Source: a virus
DNA length: 64,000 nt
IMG/VR virus record: IMGVR_UViG_3300045988_165550
Location: 40,311 to 104,310 of that record
Strand: one strand, 5' to 3'
Shown: positions 19,501-27,923 of the stretch, one piece after another
How positions within the stretch are numbered: the first letter of the stretch is position 1
Layout of the letters: each line of letters starts with the position of its first letter
Translations under genes and position numbers: made by a program
The notes under the pieces: model-generated
Databases searched by the model: none
What the model saw: the letters and a program-made list of their open reading frames with translations, nothing else
What the model was told of the DNA's origin: nothing

Positions 19501-22500
19501 AAAAATTATGGTTCTCAGCATAATAAAGGCTTAATTACAGCTATTAAGAACACGAATGGCACTCCATCCGCCGGTTATAGTTGGATCTCTTCTTCTAAGG
19601 GTGTTTATGGAGAAAAACATATTGACCATAATAGTGATAAATATTCTGATCAGGAACGGATGACTGCCATGGCGGTTGCTTACATCCGCCAGCGCGGAGC
19701 ACGCGTAAAGTCACAGCAGGAAGTTGAAAAGAAATACAAAGATTTTCCTGGGATATTTGTTACAGAAATCCCTGGAGGTGTTAATACTGGAGGCGACGGT
19801 GGCGATTCCGGCAACAACGGCTCTGGCGGTGGCAAGAATACTCCAAAGACCGATAACACTGCTAAAAACGAGGAGCAGAAGGCAAAGACCCGCGCCAATG
19901 CCCTTATTGCCAATATCAAGGCTTTCTATGAAGAGCAGAAGCGTAAGTACCTGGAATGGGTAACGCAGATGAATGCTGATGGCGAGAAGGTAAGCGAGGG
20001 TCAGCAGCAGCAGATGCTTGCTCTTCTCGACGCTAAGACGAAGACGGCACTCGGTACGGCTCGTAAGTCTATCGCAACGATGAGTGATGATTTTAAGAAG
20101 TTTTTCTCTCACATGGATGAGGATGTGCTTATCTATGATGATGAAACTTCCAAGTCCTTGTTGGAGTCTATCGGCAAATCGGATATTAGTGAGCTGCACG
20201 ATCTTTTCCAAAAGCTATCGGGTGATTTGTCACGAGAGAACAATAAGACGCTCTCAGAGAACCTGGGTGCTCTTCTTGATCAAATCTTTGCCAATGGCTC
20301 TAAGGAATTGCGTGAGGCAGCAGAAAAACTTCTTGCCCAGCAGCGGGAGATTCAGAAGATACTCAACGAGAATGACTACACGGGCGCAGTCAACCGTTCT
20401 ACTCGTAGTAATTTCGATAAGCTCAGATTCCTTCGCCCAGCGAGTGGGGTAGATGCAGCTACAGAGGAAGGCCTTCAGAAAATGAATGACGCGTTCGACA
20501 AACTCACAACAAAGGCTCGCTCAACGGTGGCTATACTCTATACCATCAATCCGGAAAGTCAGCGTTTCCAGCAACAGTTTCTTGATTATCTTTCCGTAGC
20601 AAATAGCGGTTTCGATTTTGCAAAGCTCAATACGCAGGAGTTAAAGGCACTCTATATCGAGCTGATTAAATATACGGATAGCTACACCGAGGCAGAGAAA
20701 CGTAAGTACGACTATGCAAAGAAGATTGCCGATCAAGCCTGGGCGGTAAATAAGCGCAATCTTGCCAACCAGGAAGCTCTTCGCAAGATGCAGCAGGAAA
20801 GTGCGCTCTTCGGTAAGCGAACCAATATGTGGTCTAACCTCGGTCTTGGTGATCTCACCGCCGACCCAGAGGTGGAGCTGATGAAGATGAAGATGCAGAT
20901 GGCAGAAGATTATTATGCTTTCGTTTTCAAAAACTCACGTAACAAGCAGCTCCTCGACGAAGCAGACAAGGCTCGGCAGGAGGCAGAACTTGCCTATGTC
21001 AACCAAATGGCAACGGCGATGAAGAACCGCCTTTCTCAGATGCAGCAGCTCGTGCAGCCTATCGAAACCTTCGGTGCAGAGGTAGGCAAGGCATTTGCCG
21101 AAATGCGTAACGACGTAAGCAGCGCACAGGAAGCTATCAAGAACGCTCTGAAGTCTATGCTTGAGTCATGGGCTAATATGGCACTCAATGACGTGAATAC
21201 GCAGATGTGGAAGGCTATCAATGATGCAGGTGCCAAACGTGGTAAGAGGAAAGCACAACCTGGTATTGATGCAGCGAGAGCCAACGCTGATGCCAATGCC
21301 GTGAAGGAGGATTTCTCGAATCTCGGCACAAAGGCGAACCCGATGTATGTGCGACTGGTGGATGAGGGTGCAGCTTACCTTACTCCGCAGCCGCAGTCTA
21401 ACTTTGAGAAGATGACTCCACAGCAGCCTTCTCTCGGTTGGAATCCTGATGGTACACCTATCAATCCTAACAGTCAGGCTATTGTGCCTCCTTATGCGCC
21501 TCCTGCTACTCCTGAGCAGCAGAATACGCAATCACAGGGCAGTGGCGCGCCTCGTGCATGGGAGCATCGCAACAGAGACAATGCTAATGCGTTCTACAAT
21601 GATGCCGCAACACAAACTGGTGCAGCAGCCGCCGATGCTATCGCAGGTGGCGGTTCCTTTGCTGATGCCGCAGCCGGTATCACTGGTTCCTTCATCGGCG
21701 GTGTGATGAATACCGAGTTCAAGACTGGCGGCGGCAAATCCAAGGAAGACAAGGAGAAAGCCGAGCAGTTAAAGAAAGAGAAGAAGCACCAGAAGGAACT
21801 GAGCAAAGAGGTAAAGAAGGGCAATAAGGATCGTGAGAAGGTTACAACGCAGGGTGTTCAGAACATCACGAATGTGACGGATGCCGGAAACAAGGAGCAG
21901 ACCGAGGGCACAAAGATAGCCTTGAATACAGGTATGGCTATGACCCAAACGGCGCTCACTGAGAACCTTAATAAAACGCAGGAAAATAACGAGGCCATCA
22001 TTCAATCGGATGCGGACCGCACGCAAGCAGGAATGACCTTCTCTATTGCTGGTGCCATCGGTAAGTGTTTCGACTTCTTGGGTCCTATTGCGGGTCCTAT
22101 TGCAGCTGCGGGTGTGATGGCTACCCTCATGGGCTTGCTCCAGTGGGCACTCAACTCTGCATTCAGCGGCGGCAAGAAGAAGAGTAATACCAATACCACC
22201 AATACCAAGCTTGTAACCGGTATGCTTACCTATGATTCCGGAAACGTTCAAGACTTGAAGCCATTTGTGGACGAAAATGGTGAATTGTACTGGATGGCTG
22301 ATGATAATGATAAAGAACAGGGCAAGAAGCCGTTCATGGCCAATAACGGCGAAGTGTATTGGACAACTGAGGATGATGGCAGACAGATGCAGGGTGTGAA
22401 GATGCTTACATCTCCAACCGCTACTACTGTGAACGGGCAGCCGTCTCTCGTAGCCGAGAGAGGACCAGAAATCGTCATTGGTAGGGAAACTACCCATGCG

Positions 22501-22836
22501 ATGATGATGAACAACCCAGGCTTGCTGAAAGCACTCGTCAACTACGACCGCAACTACTCAGGAAGAAACTCAGCAAGAAGGGCATTTGATGATGGCAACG
22601 TGGGTGATGTTCTTGCAGCAGGCACGCAAGCAGGCAATGGTAATCTTTCGCCTGGCGCATCAGCGGCAGGCGACCTGGTTTCCGCAAGCATTGCAAGCAA
22701 TGCGGCTCTCCTGCAAGCCGTGAATGCGCTCATTCAGCGTCTGAATGAACCTATCAACGCCAAGATCAATATGTACGGTCGTGACGGACTGCATGATAGC
22801 CTGAATAAGGCTAATCAGTTTATGAAGAACAAGTAG
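16549..22836 (+). CDS. tail tape measure protein
   Basis: 2095 aa with long coiled-coil regions, a central hydrophobic segment and a TP901-type TMP core-like region (NQAKTLLTGVIQKNLDMSDSLANIRKVSGL...). It is the largest gene in the window. Confidence 0.85.
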   Translation: MAGKIESIITMDGKQPIKVLQLLLDKAKELTDQMKQMKPGTEEYKEAEAKVKALQSAQVQTIKTTERLEAVVNNLGNTSLRNLRRALGEGKRKLEGLSEAEEEEAKHIRSLMKEVGDEVRLLEGKYVKIEKGLKNVRNQSDQWLSKAIVQQKDLVASLEKTGTSYHHNLSTLKQLEAEEDRRKGKMGISEARQAVSDSNASASDLRRAKATITEVRDRVPIGNASAIETYNRELQTIEERLNAVSGKAQKAAISWQQMRQVLSNPGKASGEDIKRTMDAIQQKIQQLPAGSKAVSDLRRQYAQLEQTLKGTRLSQAQLNDIVARSKTGKANINELRQTYKQLEEELNLINTKSEAFANRQKELKNLKKVIDDATGAANKQSNAWRTALKNLTAYVGMFAVFNQAKTLLTGVIQKNLDMSDSLANIRKVSGLLHQDIDKMAVSLSKIDTRTSVQELQNIAYAGAKLGIGEYGPEGLESFVKAANQVNVALKEDLGDEALSALSKITEVMGLIPKMGVEQSMLKTGSAIFKLASTSTATSGKIIDFSNRLLAMGKVGALSTSDILALGAAVDSMAIEPEVASTAFAKLITEIRKGTSSIEHDLGLAKGTLSEFLKEGRGIEALQTIFHKMRESGNVFALDSLFKDLGSDGSRLIKVMVTMAEKADMLDKAVATSRKAFDEGMAVTQEYNIQQDTAKGILERANNMWNKAFTNPDGINSVKQLTIAWYNLSRALTTSTASQKAVLGTIDLLVLSCKTLIALLPSLFGFFIGKGLAMAAVQLVNISKAVWAWVIAQKALNLAMASNVFGLVLGVLSTLYAYFQKNANAAQDAANAADHFTKSLSGVKSEVGRATLELDGYKRAIDGAKKGTKERQAAIDQFNNKFGSYLSKLLTEKSTVNDLKKAYNEAANAIERKVMAQAAEKDIQQHVAPKAGREAQLLYNYDQQAQKNKMGQYGSSWLKAFVDDNLAKHGLNYTINEVIRRSGVGKNYGSQHNKGLITAIKNTNGTPSAGYSWISSSKGVYGEKHIDHNSDKYSDQERMTAMAVAYIRQRGARVKSQQEVEKKYKDFPGIFVTEIPGGVNTGGDGGDSGNNGSGGGKNTPKTDNTAKNEEQKAKTRANALIANIKAFYEEQKRKYLEWVTQMNADGEKVSEGQQQQMLALLDAKTKTALGTARKSIATMSDDFKKFFSHMDEDVLIYDDETSKSLLESIGKSDISELHDLFQKLSGDLSRENNKTLSENLGALLDQIFANGSKELREAAEKLLAQQREIQKILNENDYTGAVNRSTRSNFDKLRFLRPASGVDAATEEGLQKMNDAFDKLTTKARSTVAILYTINPESQRFQQQFLDYLSVANSGFDFAKLNTQELKALYIELIKYTDSYTEAEKRKYDYAKKIADQAWAVNKRNLANQEALRKMQQESALFGKRTNMWSNLGLGDLTADPEVELMKMKMQMAEDYYAFVFKNSRNKQLLDEADKARQEAELAYVNQMATAMKNRLSQMQQLVQPIETFGAEVGKAFAEMRNDVSSAQEAIKNALKSMLESWANMALNDVNTQMWKAINDAGAKRGKRKAQPGIDAARANADANAVKEDFSNLGTKANPMYVRLVDEGAAYLTPQPQSNFEKMTPQQPSLGWNPDGTPINPNSQAIVPPYAPPATPEQQNTQSQGSGAPRAWEHRNRDNANAFYNDAATQTGAAAADAIAGGGSFADAAAGITGSFIGGVMNTEFKTGGGKSKEDKEKAEQLKKEKKHQKELSKEVKKGNKDREKVTTQGVQNITNVTDAGNKEQTEGTKIALNTGMAMTQTALTENLNKTQENNEAIIQSDADRTQAGMTFSIAGAIGKCFDFLGPIAGPIAAAGVMATLMGLLQWALNSAFSGGKKKSNTNTTNTKLVTGMLTYDSGNVQDLKPFVDENGELYWMADDNDKEQGKKPFMANNGEVYWTTEDDGRQMQGVKMLTSPTATTVNGQPSLVAERGPEIVIGRETTHAMMMNNPGLLKALVNYDRNYSGRNSARRAFDDGNVGDVLAAGTQAGNGNLSPGASAAGDLVSASIASNAALLQAVNALIQRLNEPINAKINMYGRDGLHDSLNKANQFMKNK

Positions 22837-22899
22837 AAAACGATTTTTTGTTGATTGTTTAGTTGTTAGTTTTTAAAGTTTTAGTTAATTGTTAGCAGG

Positions 22900-22931
22900 G
22901 CTGCTCCGCTGTGAAGCGTGGCAGCTTTTTT
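22900..22931 (+). terminator. rho-independent terminator after the tape measure gene
   Basis: The gctgc...gcagc stem has an inner cgc/gcg extension and is followed by T6 (22926..22931). Confidence 0.7.
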
Positions 22932-22933
22932 GT

Positions 22934-22968
22934 CTGCGGATTTCAAATCCGCAGGAACGCCTAACGGA
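22934..22968 (+). repeat. perfect hairpin plus shared GGAACGCCTAACGGA box
   Basis: ctgcggattt-c-aaatccgcag is followed by ggaacgcctaacgga. The aaatccg..ggaacgcctaacgga segment recurs at 11923..11946. Confidence 0.7.
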
Positions 22969-22977
22969 CACAATTTC

Positions 22978-23541
22978 TTTTTGGTCCCATTTTGCGACCA
23001 AGCCCATCATTTAGTGGGCTTTTGATAACTCGCTGATTTAGTGGGCTTTTTGGTCTCAAAAGCATATCTTTGTCCCATTTTTCCCCGAAATTCACTACTA
23101 TATATAAAAATTTCCGTGTATTTTTTCTTTTCCCTAAAATCAAAAACCCCTAACCTCAAACTAGAAGTTAGTAGCATTAACGGCTTTGCCGTAAACATCA
23201 GACAATAAGGTAGTTATGAGGATATAAGGGAGTGGCAGCTAGCGAGAGAAATGCAGGATTTTCTACATATTTTCTGCATATTCCAAATATATTTTTGCAT
23301 TCCTGCGTACATTAGTTTATAGAAATTAATTAAAAAATGAGACCAAAAATAAGAAAATCGCTGAAAAACAAGCAAATAGCAAAAAATCGTAGGGGGCTAG
23401 CAGTGGGACAATGGTGGGTCAGCAGTGGGGCAAAATCCCTCATTTTCTTCATTAGGGGACTTTAACATTTCGCCCTTCAAAATAAAAATGGGACCAAAAT
23501 GAGACTTTTGAGACCAAAATCGGAAGTTTGGTCCCATTTTT
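22978..23541. promoter_or_regulatory. iteron-rich non-coding region, candidate origin of replication
   Basis: TTTTGGTC(C/T)CATTTT or its reverse complement occurs at 22978..22993, 23069..23082, 23332..23349, 23484..23499 and 23527..23541. Half sites lie at 23047..23061 and 23507..23520. ATTTAGTGGGCTTTT is duplicated (about 23009..23023 and 23036..23050), and AT-rich stretches are present. Confidence 0.55.
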
Positions 23542-23563
23542 GAAAAAACATCCTTTTCGCTTC

Positions 23564-23588
23564 CGTTCCCAGCGATTCCGTCGCTGGT
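23564..23588 (+). repeat. 25-nt hairpin repeat, copy 1
   Basis: cgttcccagcgattccgtcgctggt, with stem ccagcga/tcgctgg. It is identical to 37687..37711 and differs by 1 nt from 32517..32541. Confidence 0.85.
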
Positions 23589-23677
23589 TTCCTCTCTCAA
23601 ACCCATATTAAATGTTAAAAATATAACTTATTTCAAATATTATATAGATAACCTATATTCTTTTCGATTTATTTTTG

Positions 23678-23685
23678 TATCTTTG
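23678..23685 (+). promoter_or_regulatory. Bacteroidota -7 promoter box
   Basis: TATCTTTG lies 36 nt upstream of ATG 23721. Confidence 0.5.
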
Positions 23686-23720
23686 CAGCAGTTTTAGAAA
23701 AGAAATATAATAGTTAAGGT

Positions 23721-24839
23721 ATGTTTGACGAGATATGTTCCATCTATCGGGATGCGAAGGATGCGCTTGGAAGATACGTCGATATGGAGACGGGCGAGTG
23801 CATCACGCAGATGTCTATCCGTGAGTTCTGTCTTACGGATAGGTGGAAGCCGTATGTAGAGAAGCTGAGAGCCATGCGGCAGCAATATGGCAGTGCAGCT
23901 AAGAAGATGCCGGAATACGTAGATACCAAGAAGATGCTTCCTGGTGCCACGCTGAGTGGTCTCTTCGCTACCTACGAGGACGATAGCCTTACCCATCCAG
24001 GTCAGCGGGTGATGGTTTCCCGAAGAGAAAGCCACCTTCAGCAGCATACGGGATGGCTGGCGATAGATATTGACCTGCAAGACAACCAGGGCATAGCCGA
24101 TTTCGAGAATATCCGCAGAGTGTTGGCATTTCGTCCAGAGGTAGCTTTGCTGATGCGTTCCTGCTCCGGAACTGGACTGTTCGGATTGGTTCGCTTGGCT
24201 TACCCCGAACGTCACAAAGAGCAGTTCAAGGCATTATTGCAGGAATATGCTGCTCTGGGCATCATGCTCGATGGTTCTTGCGGAAATATCGGCCGTGTGC
24301 GTTTCGCTTCATGGGATGATCCGCAGCATATATATATTAATGAACGTGCGATGCCCTACACCAAACTACCCGATAATGTGCCTACGCCGATGCCCGTGAT
24401 GAACTATGCCAACACATTTTTCAGTGGCAGTCATCCGACTGGTGCCGGCTTCGGCGGAAACTATCCGCATGGTGGATATAGACGTGATACGCCGGAAATC
24501 ATCTACCGCAAAGCTCTGCGATTGGTGGAGAAGATTGAGGCTCAAGGCATAGATATTTGTGCCGGAAAGGATGCTAATAGCGGTTATCTGGGTTGGGTTA
24601 AATGCGGCATGTCGCTCTACCATGTGGACAGAGTAGCAGGTTACGACCTATGGCGAAGAGTTTCCCGTTTCCGTCCTGCTGATTCCACCTGCGGCCACAA
24701 TGAAATGGATTTCCGTAAGCGATGGAACCAGTTTGCCAATTACAACAGAATTTCTGAGGCAACTTTCTTCGACTACTGCAAGCGTTCGGGCATCATCCTT
24801 ACCAAGGAAGACTGGAAAGAAATATATCAGAATACATAG
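23721..24839 (+). CDS. VirE_N / BT4734-like N-terminal domain replication (primase-associated) protein
   Basis: The block TGWLAIDIDLQDN...LLMRSCSGTGLFGLVRLAY resembles the BT4734-like/VirE N-terminal domain found in Bacteroidota primase-type proteins. It lies next to the iteron region. Confidence 0.55.
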   Translation: MFDEICSIYRDAKDALGRYVDMETGECITQMSIREFCLTDRWKPYVEKLRAMRQQYGSAAKKMPEYVDTKKMLPGATLSGLFATYEDDSLTHPGQRVMVSRRESHLQQHTGWLAIDIDLQDNQGIADFENIRRVLAFRPEVALLMRSCSGTGLFGLVRLAYPERHKEQFKALLQEYAALGIMLDGSCGNIGRVRFASWDDPQHIYINERAMPYTKLPDNVPTPMPVMNYANTFFSGSHPTGAGFGGNYPHGGYRRDTPEIIYRKALRLVEKIEAQGIDICAGKDANSGYLGWVKCGMSLYHVDRVAGYDLWRRVSRFRPADSTCGHNEMDFRKRWNQFANYNRISEATFFDYCKRSGIILTKEDWKEIYQNT

Positions 24840-24873
24840 AAAAGAATTTTAATACATTTAAAAATTAAAGATT

Positions 24874-25156
24874 ATGGCAAAGAGAAATGTAGAAATCCCG
24901 AAGGGGTCATGGCTCGACCAGAAAGGTCAGCGATGGATGAAAGTAGTGTTCGATGTAATGTCGGGGGGGGGGTAATTTCCTCCGTCAAATCACCATGACG
25001 TTCCCGGTGAACTTTGAAATGACATTGGGAAAATATACGGTAGATATGGGTGATATGGATGATTTTCGTGATAGAGTAAATCAGCAATATCCTTCGCTGG
25101 AACGCCTGAGAAACCTTACGTTTTTTCCTACAGGAAACAAGGTCTTTAGAGAGTAG
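24874..25156 (+). pseudogene. small ORF split by a G10 homopolymer (frameshifted or phase-variable)
   Basis: ATG 24874 reads 33 codons into the G10 tract and stops at TAA 24973. The next frame stays open for 61 codons to TAG 25154..25156. Losing one G would fuse the two into one product of about 93 aa. Confidence 0.45.
24963..24972 (+). repeat. G10 homopolymer
   Basis: Ten consecutive G counted directly in the sequence. Confidence 0.95.
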
Positions 25157-25194
25157 AGAAAATAAATTTACAGATGGCTTTAAAAACTTCCATT

Positions 25195-25238
25195 ATATCG
25201 AAGCCATATCGAAGCCGTTTCAAAGCCATATCGAAGCC
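25195..25238 (+). repeat. 11-bp tandem repeat x4
   Basis: atatcgaagcc atatcgaagcc gtttcaaagcc atatcgaagcc, 53 nt upstream of the kinase ATG 25291. Confidence 0.85.
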
Positions 25239-25290
25239 GTATGCTATTTATTGGTTCTCTATGAGTATAAAACTTTACAAAATAAAAGAT

Positions 25291-25899
25291 ATGAAACAAA
25301 AGATTATCGCAATTATGGGTCCATCTGGAGCAGGCAAGGACACGGTGGCAAACATCCTTTCCATCGCCCTGAATATCCCGTTGCTCTGTTCCTTCACCAC
25401 CCGTCCCATGAGGGATGGCGAGGTAAACGGTAAGGAGCATTTTTTCGTGAAGGAGTGCAAGACTCCCAAGGAGGATATGCTTGCCTACACCGAATATGGT
25501 GGCTACGAGTATTGGACGGAACTCGCCCAGATAGAAGATGTCGCCATCTATGTGATTGACGAAAAAGGATTCCTGGGCATCTGTGAGCATTTTCCGGATA
25601 TTGAACTGATGAGTATTTATGTGGCTGCCAAGCCCGAAACGCTGAAGGCTCGCGGCATCGCCCCTGAAAGAACCAACCGTGATGAATATCGTGTATCGCT
25701 GGATATTAACTCCTTCGATTACGTTATCAGCAATAATTCATCGCTCTACCGCTTGCTGATTACCACGCTGGATGTAGTGAAGTGCATCAGAACTGCTAAC
25801 GGAGAAACACGGAAGTATGAAGCAGAGGCAGAAGAGAGACTGAAAAAAGGAGGAGTGGCAGCACAGAACTTCATCCGCCTTCTCAGCGCCTTCTTTTAA
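25291..25899 (+). CDS. guanylate-kinase-like nucleoside monophosphate kinase
   Basis: P-loop IMGPSGAGKDT and the guanylate-kinase block FTTRPMRDGEVNGKEHFFV. The start was chosen at the ATG just before the P-loop; the track ORF extends upstream to 25174. Confidence 0.75.
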   Translation: MKQKIIAIMGPSGAGKDTVANILSIALNIPLLCSFTTRPMRDGEVNGKEHFFVKECKTPKEDMLAYTEYGGYEYWTELAQIEDVAIYVIDEKGFLGICEHFPDIELMSIYVAAKPETLKARGIAPERTNRDEYRVSLDINSFDYVISNNSSLYRLLITTLDVVKCIRTANGETRKYEAEAEERLKKGGVAAQNFIRLLSAFF

Positions 25900-25968
25900 G
25901 AGAAACCATCTGTTTCCGTGGAGCAGAAAGCAGATTTTTAATATATAAACATCAAATAAAGAAACAAT

Positions 25969-26862
25969 ATGAAAATGATAATTCCTGGTGTTGAGTGGTG
26001 GCCTCAGAAGACCGCCGCTCAACAGATTGCCCGAGTAGGCAGAGTTTGCTACAAGAGCAAGGGTAAGCAGCCTGACGAGAATCTTTCTGAAGAGCAGAAA
26101 GAGAAGTTCTTGGAAGAACAGGCAGTGAAGTTGGCCAACCGATTCTGGGAGAGCGGTCATCGCTCCATGTATCGACACGGCACTCTTTACTTTTTTATCA
26201 AGAACGATAGTAAACTGCCGAAACACCTTTGGTCTTTCCTTATCGCATCTCCATATATCAGCTATGCAGTGCAGGAAAAGAAGGTATGGATCAGCAGCAA
26301 CATGCAGTTCCTCTGCGAGCATGGCAGCATTCTCGAAATGCTATCCCCATTCAATGTGAAGGAAGCCGAGTTTATCGAAAAGGCGCAGAAATATGATTTC
26401 ATAGAAGCACTCAATATCCTCCGCATGACGCTGGTCGTTACTACGCAGATCAGCACCAGCCGTGAGTTGAACCGCACATCGCCTAACTGCATCAGCGAGC
26501 AGAGCACCCGCTACGTGAACCTGGAGAAGAAAGGTGGCGTTCAGATTGCCCGTCCGCACTGGCTGCATGAGGGTACGAAATGGCAGAAATTTCTCTATCT
26601 TTCCGGCTGCAAGGTTTCCGACTGGCTCTATCGCCGATTGCTGAAATCGGGCATGAAGCCGCAGGATGCCCGCGGTATTCTCCCTCTTGATACCTATACG
26701 GTGGTAGCCTACACCTATACCATCAGTGAGTGGCAGCATATCCTCGACCTCCGCTTCAGAGAAACCACCGGCAAGGCGCATCCTAACGCCAAAGAGGTAA
26801 GTTTCGAGATTAACCGCATCATCAGCGAAAGAATGGAAATGTTCGAGACTCAAAAGAAATAA
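25969..26862 (+). CDS. thyX: ThyX-family (flavin-dependent thymidylate synthase-like) protein with degenerate RHR motif
   Basis: SGHRSMYRHGTLYFFI matches the GHxSxxEH block. RELNRTSPNCISEQSTRYV aligns with the ThyX signature ELvRHRhfSysQlSQRYV. PQDARGILPLDTYT and the WQHILDLRF...AHPNAKEV blocks are also present. Confidence 0.65.
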   Translation: MKMIIPGVEWWPQKTAAQQIARVGRVCYKSKGKQPDENLSEEQKEKFLEEQAVKLANRFWESGHRSMYRHGTLYFFIKNDSKLPKHLWSFLIASPYISYAVQEKKVWISSNMQFLCEHGSILEMLSPFNVKEAEFIEKAQKYDFIEALNILRMTLVVTTQISTSRELNRTSPNCISEQSTRYVNLEKKGGVQIARPHWLHEGTKWQKFLYLSGCKVSDWLYRRLLKSGMKPQDARGILPLDTYTVVAYTYTISEWQHILDLRFRETTGKAHPNAKEVSFEINRIISERMEMFETQKK

Positions 26863-26943
26863 GATGATTGCCCAATAAGGGCGATTATGATTAATAGAGT
26901 ATATTGCCAATCAATGCTTGGCAATAAAAAGCAATAAAAAGCA

Positions 26944-27918
26944 ATGGGAACAAAAAACAAAAAACAACAGCAGCAGGCATTGGCCAAGCGTGAGCAGCAG
27001 ATCAGAAATCTGCCGACCATCTACACCTTTAATTTCAAGGATGTGCCTGCCGAGAAATATACCGCAGCTTTGGAAGCCCTCTTCTCCCACCCCGATTTCG
27101 CTGCAGCCGTGCGCAACCGTAACGAACTCGTGCGTGCCGCGAACCGTGTTCCTTCTAACTCACCACAGATGGGTGGCCTTATCAAGGCGATTCAGGAGAG
27201 AGATACCAAACTCGCCAAACAGATGTATGGCTTGCTTGTACAGATAAACCTGCGCAGCGAAGTAAGCTATGATTTTCTGAACTTCGGTCATCTGCTTCGC
27301 TACTACGTAGACTATTCTAAGCCCGATATGCAGCAGAAGGTAACAAAACTTTCCGACAACCTTAACAAGGTGGCGTTCCTCGCCGACGCACTGGAAAGCA
27401 TCGTAAGACAGATTCAGGCTGATATGATGGAAATCTTCAATGGCAGCGTAGAGTTCAACCAGTTTGATGCTGTGACCCAGGTGTTGAAGCAGTTAGATGT
27501 CTTCTTCAATTTTTCGAGAACCAAAAACCCCGAGTCGAAGGATAATGAACTCTACTGCGAGTATTCCGATAGCATCAATGCCTTTGTAGATAAGCGCATG
27601 AAGACTTACTCCGAGAAATACCGCAAACTGCACCCTTCCCTCCCCGGTTTCACTCAAGAGCAGATGATGGAAGCCATCAACCTCTTTTTTGGAGAAGACA
27701 AGAAGTTCAACGAGAGTTTTATCGCCAAAACCGAGTCGGGCGGCTGCTACATCGACGGCATGAAGCTCTTCATGAATCTCACCGAGGAGCAGACTGCCAA
27801 GCTCGATAAGCTGGTACCACGCCCCAAGGAAGGCAACAGCATGCAGAAATACTTCCTTAACGTCACCGATGCCATCATGCTCTACTATGCCCAGCAGAAA
27901 GGCATCGCCCTAAAATAA
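26944..27918 (+). CDS. hypothetical protein
   Basis: 324-aa ORF. The overlapping 26918..27247 frame is low-complexity and was rejected. Confidence 0.6.
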   Translation: MGTKNKKQQQQALAKREQQIRNLPTIYTFNFKDVPAEKYTAALEALFSHPDFAAAVRNRNELVRAANRVPSNSPQMGGLIKAIQERDTKLAKQMYGLLVQINLRSEVSYDFLNFGHLLRYYVDYSKPDMQQKVTKLSDNLNKVAFLADALESIVRQIQADMMEIFNGSVEFNQFDAVTQVLKQLDVFFNFSRTKNPESKDNELYCEYSDSINAFVDKRMKTYSEKYRKLHPSLPGFTQEQMMEAINLFFGEDKKFNESFIAKTESGGCYIDGMKLFMNLTEEQTAKLDKLVPRPKEGNSMQKYFLNVTDAIMLYYAQQKGIALK

Positions 27919-27923
27919 AAAAA

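Noticed and set aside
22934-22954. tRNA-like T-arm (GCGGATTTCAAATCCGC), considered as a possible tRNA gene fragment or att site
   Set aside because: The loop is TTTCAAA rather than TTCRANY. There is no acceptor stem, D-arm or anticodon arm around it. The related element at 11898..11946 is simply a long hairpin.
22961-23606. Three 60-69-aa minus-strand ORFs in the non-coding region after the tape measure gene
   Set aside because: They run through iterons and the hairpin repeat and have no start context like the other genes. The repeat structure explains the region better than coding does.
25174-25290. N-terminal 39-aa extension of the kinase ORF
   Set aside because: It is encoded by the 11-bp tandem repeats and gives the repetitive peptide SKPYRSRFKAISKPY. 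The ATG at 25291 directly precedes the P-loop, as in normal guanylate kinases.
26918-27247. 109-aa ORF overlapping the start of 26944..27918 in another frame
   Set aside because: Its translation is Ser/Pro/Arg-rich low complexity. The 324-aa frame is far longer and has normal composition.
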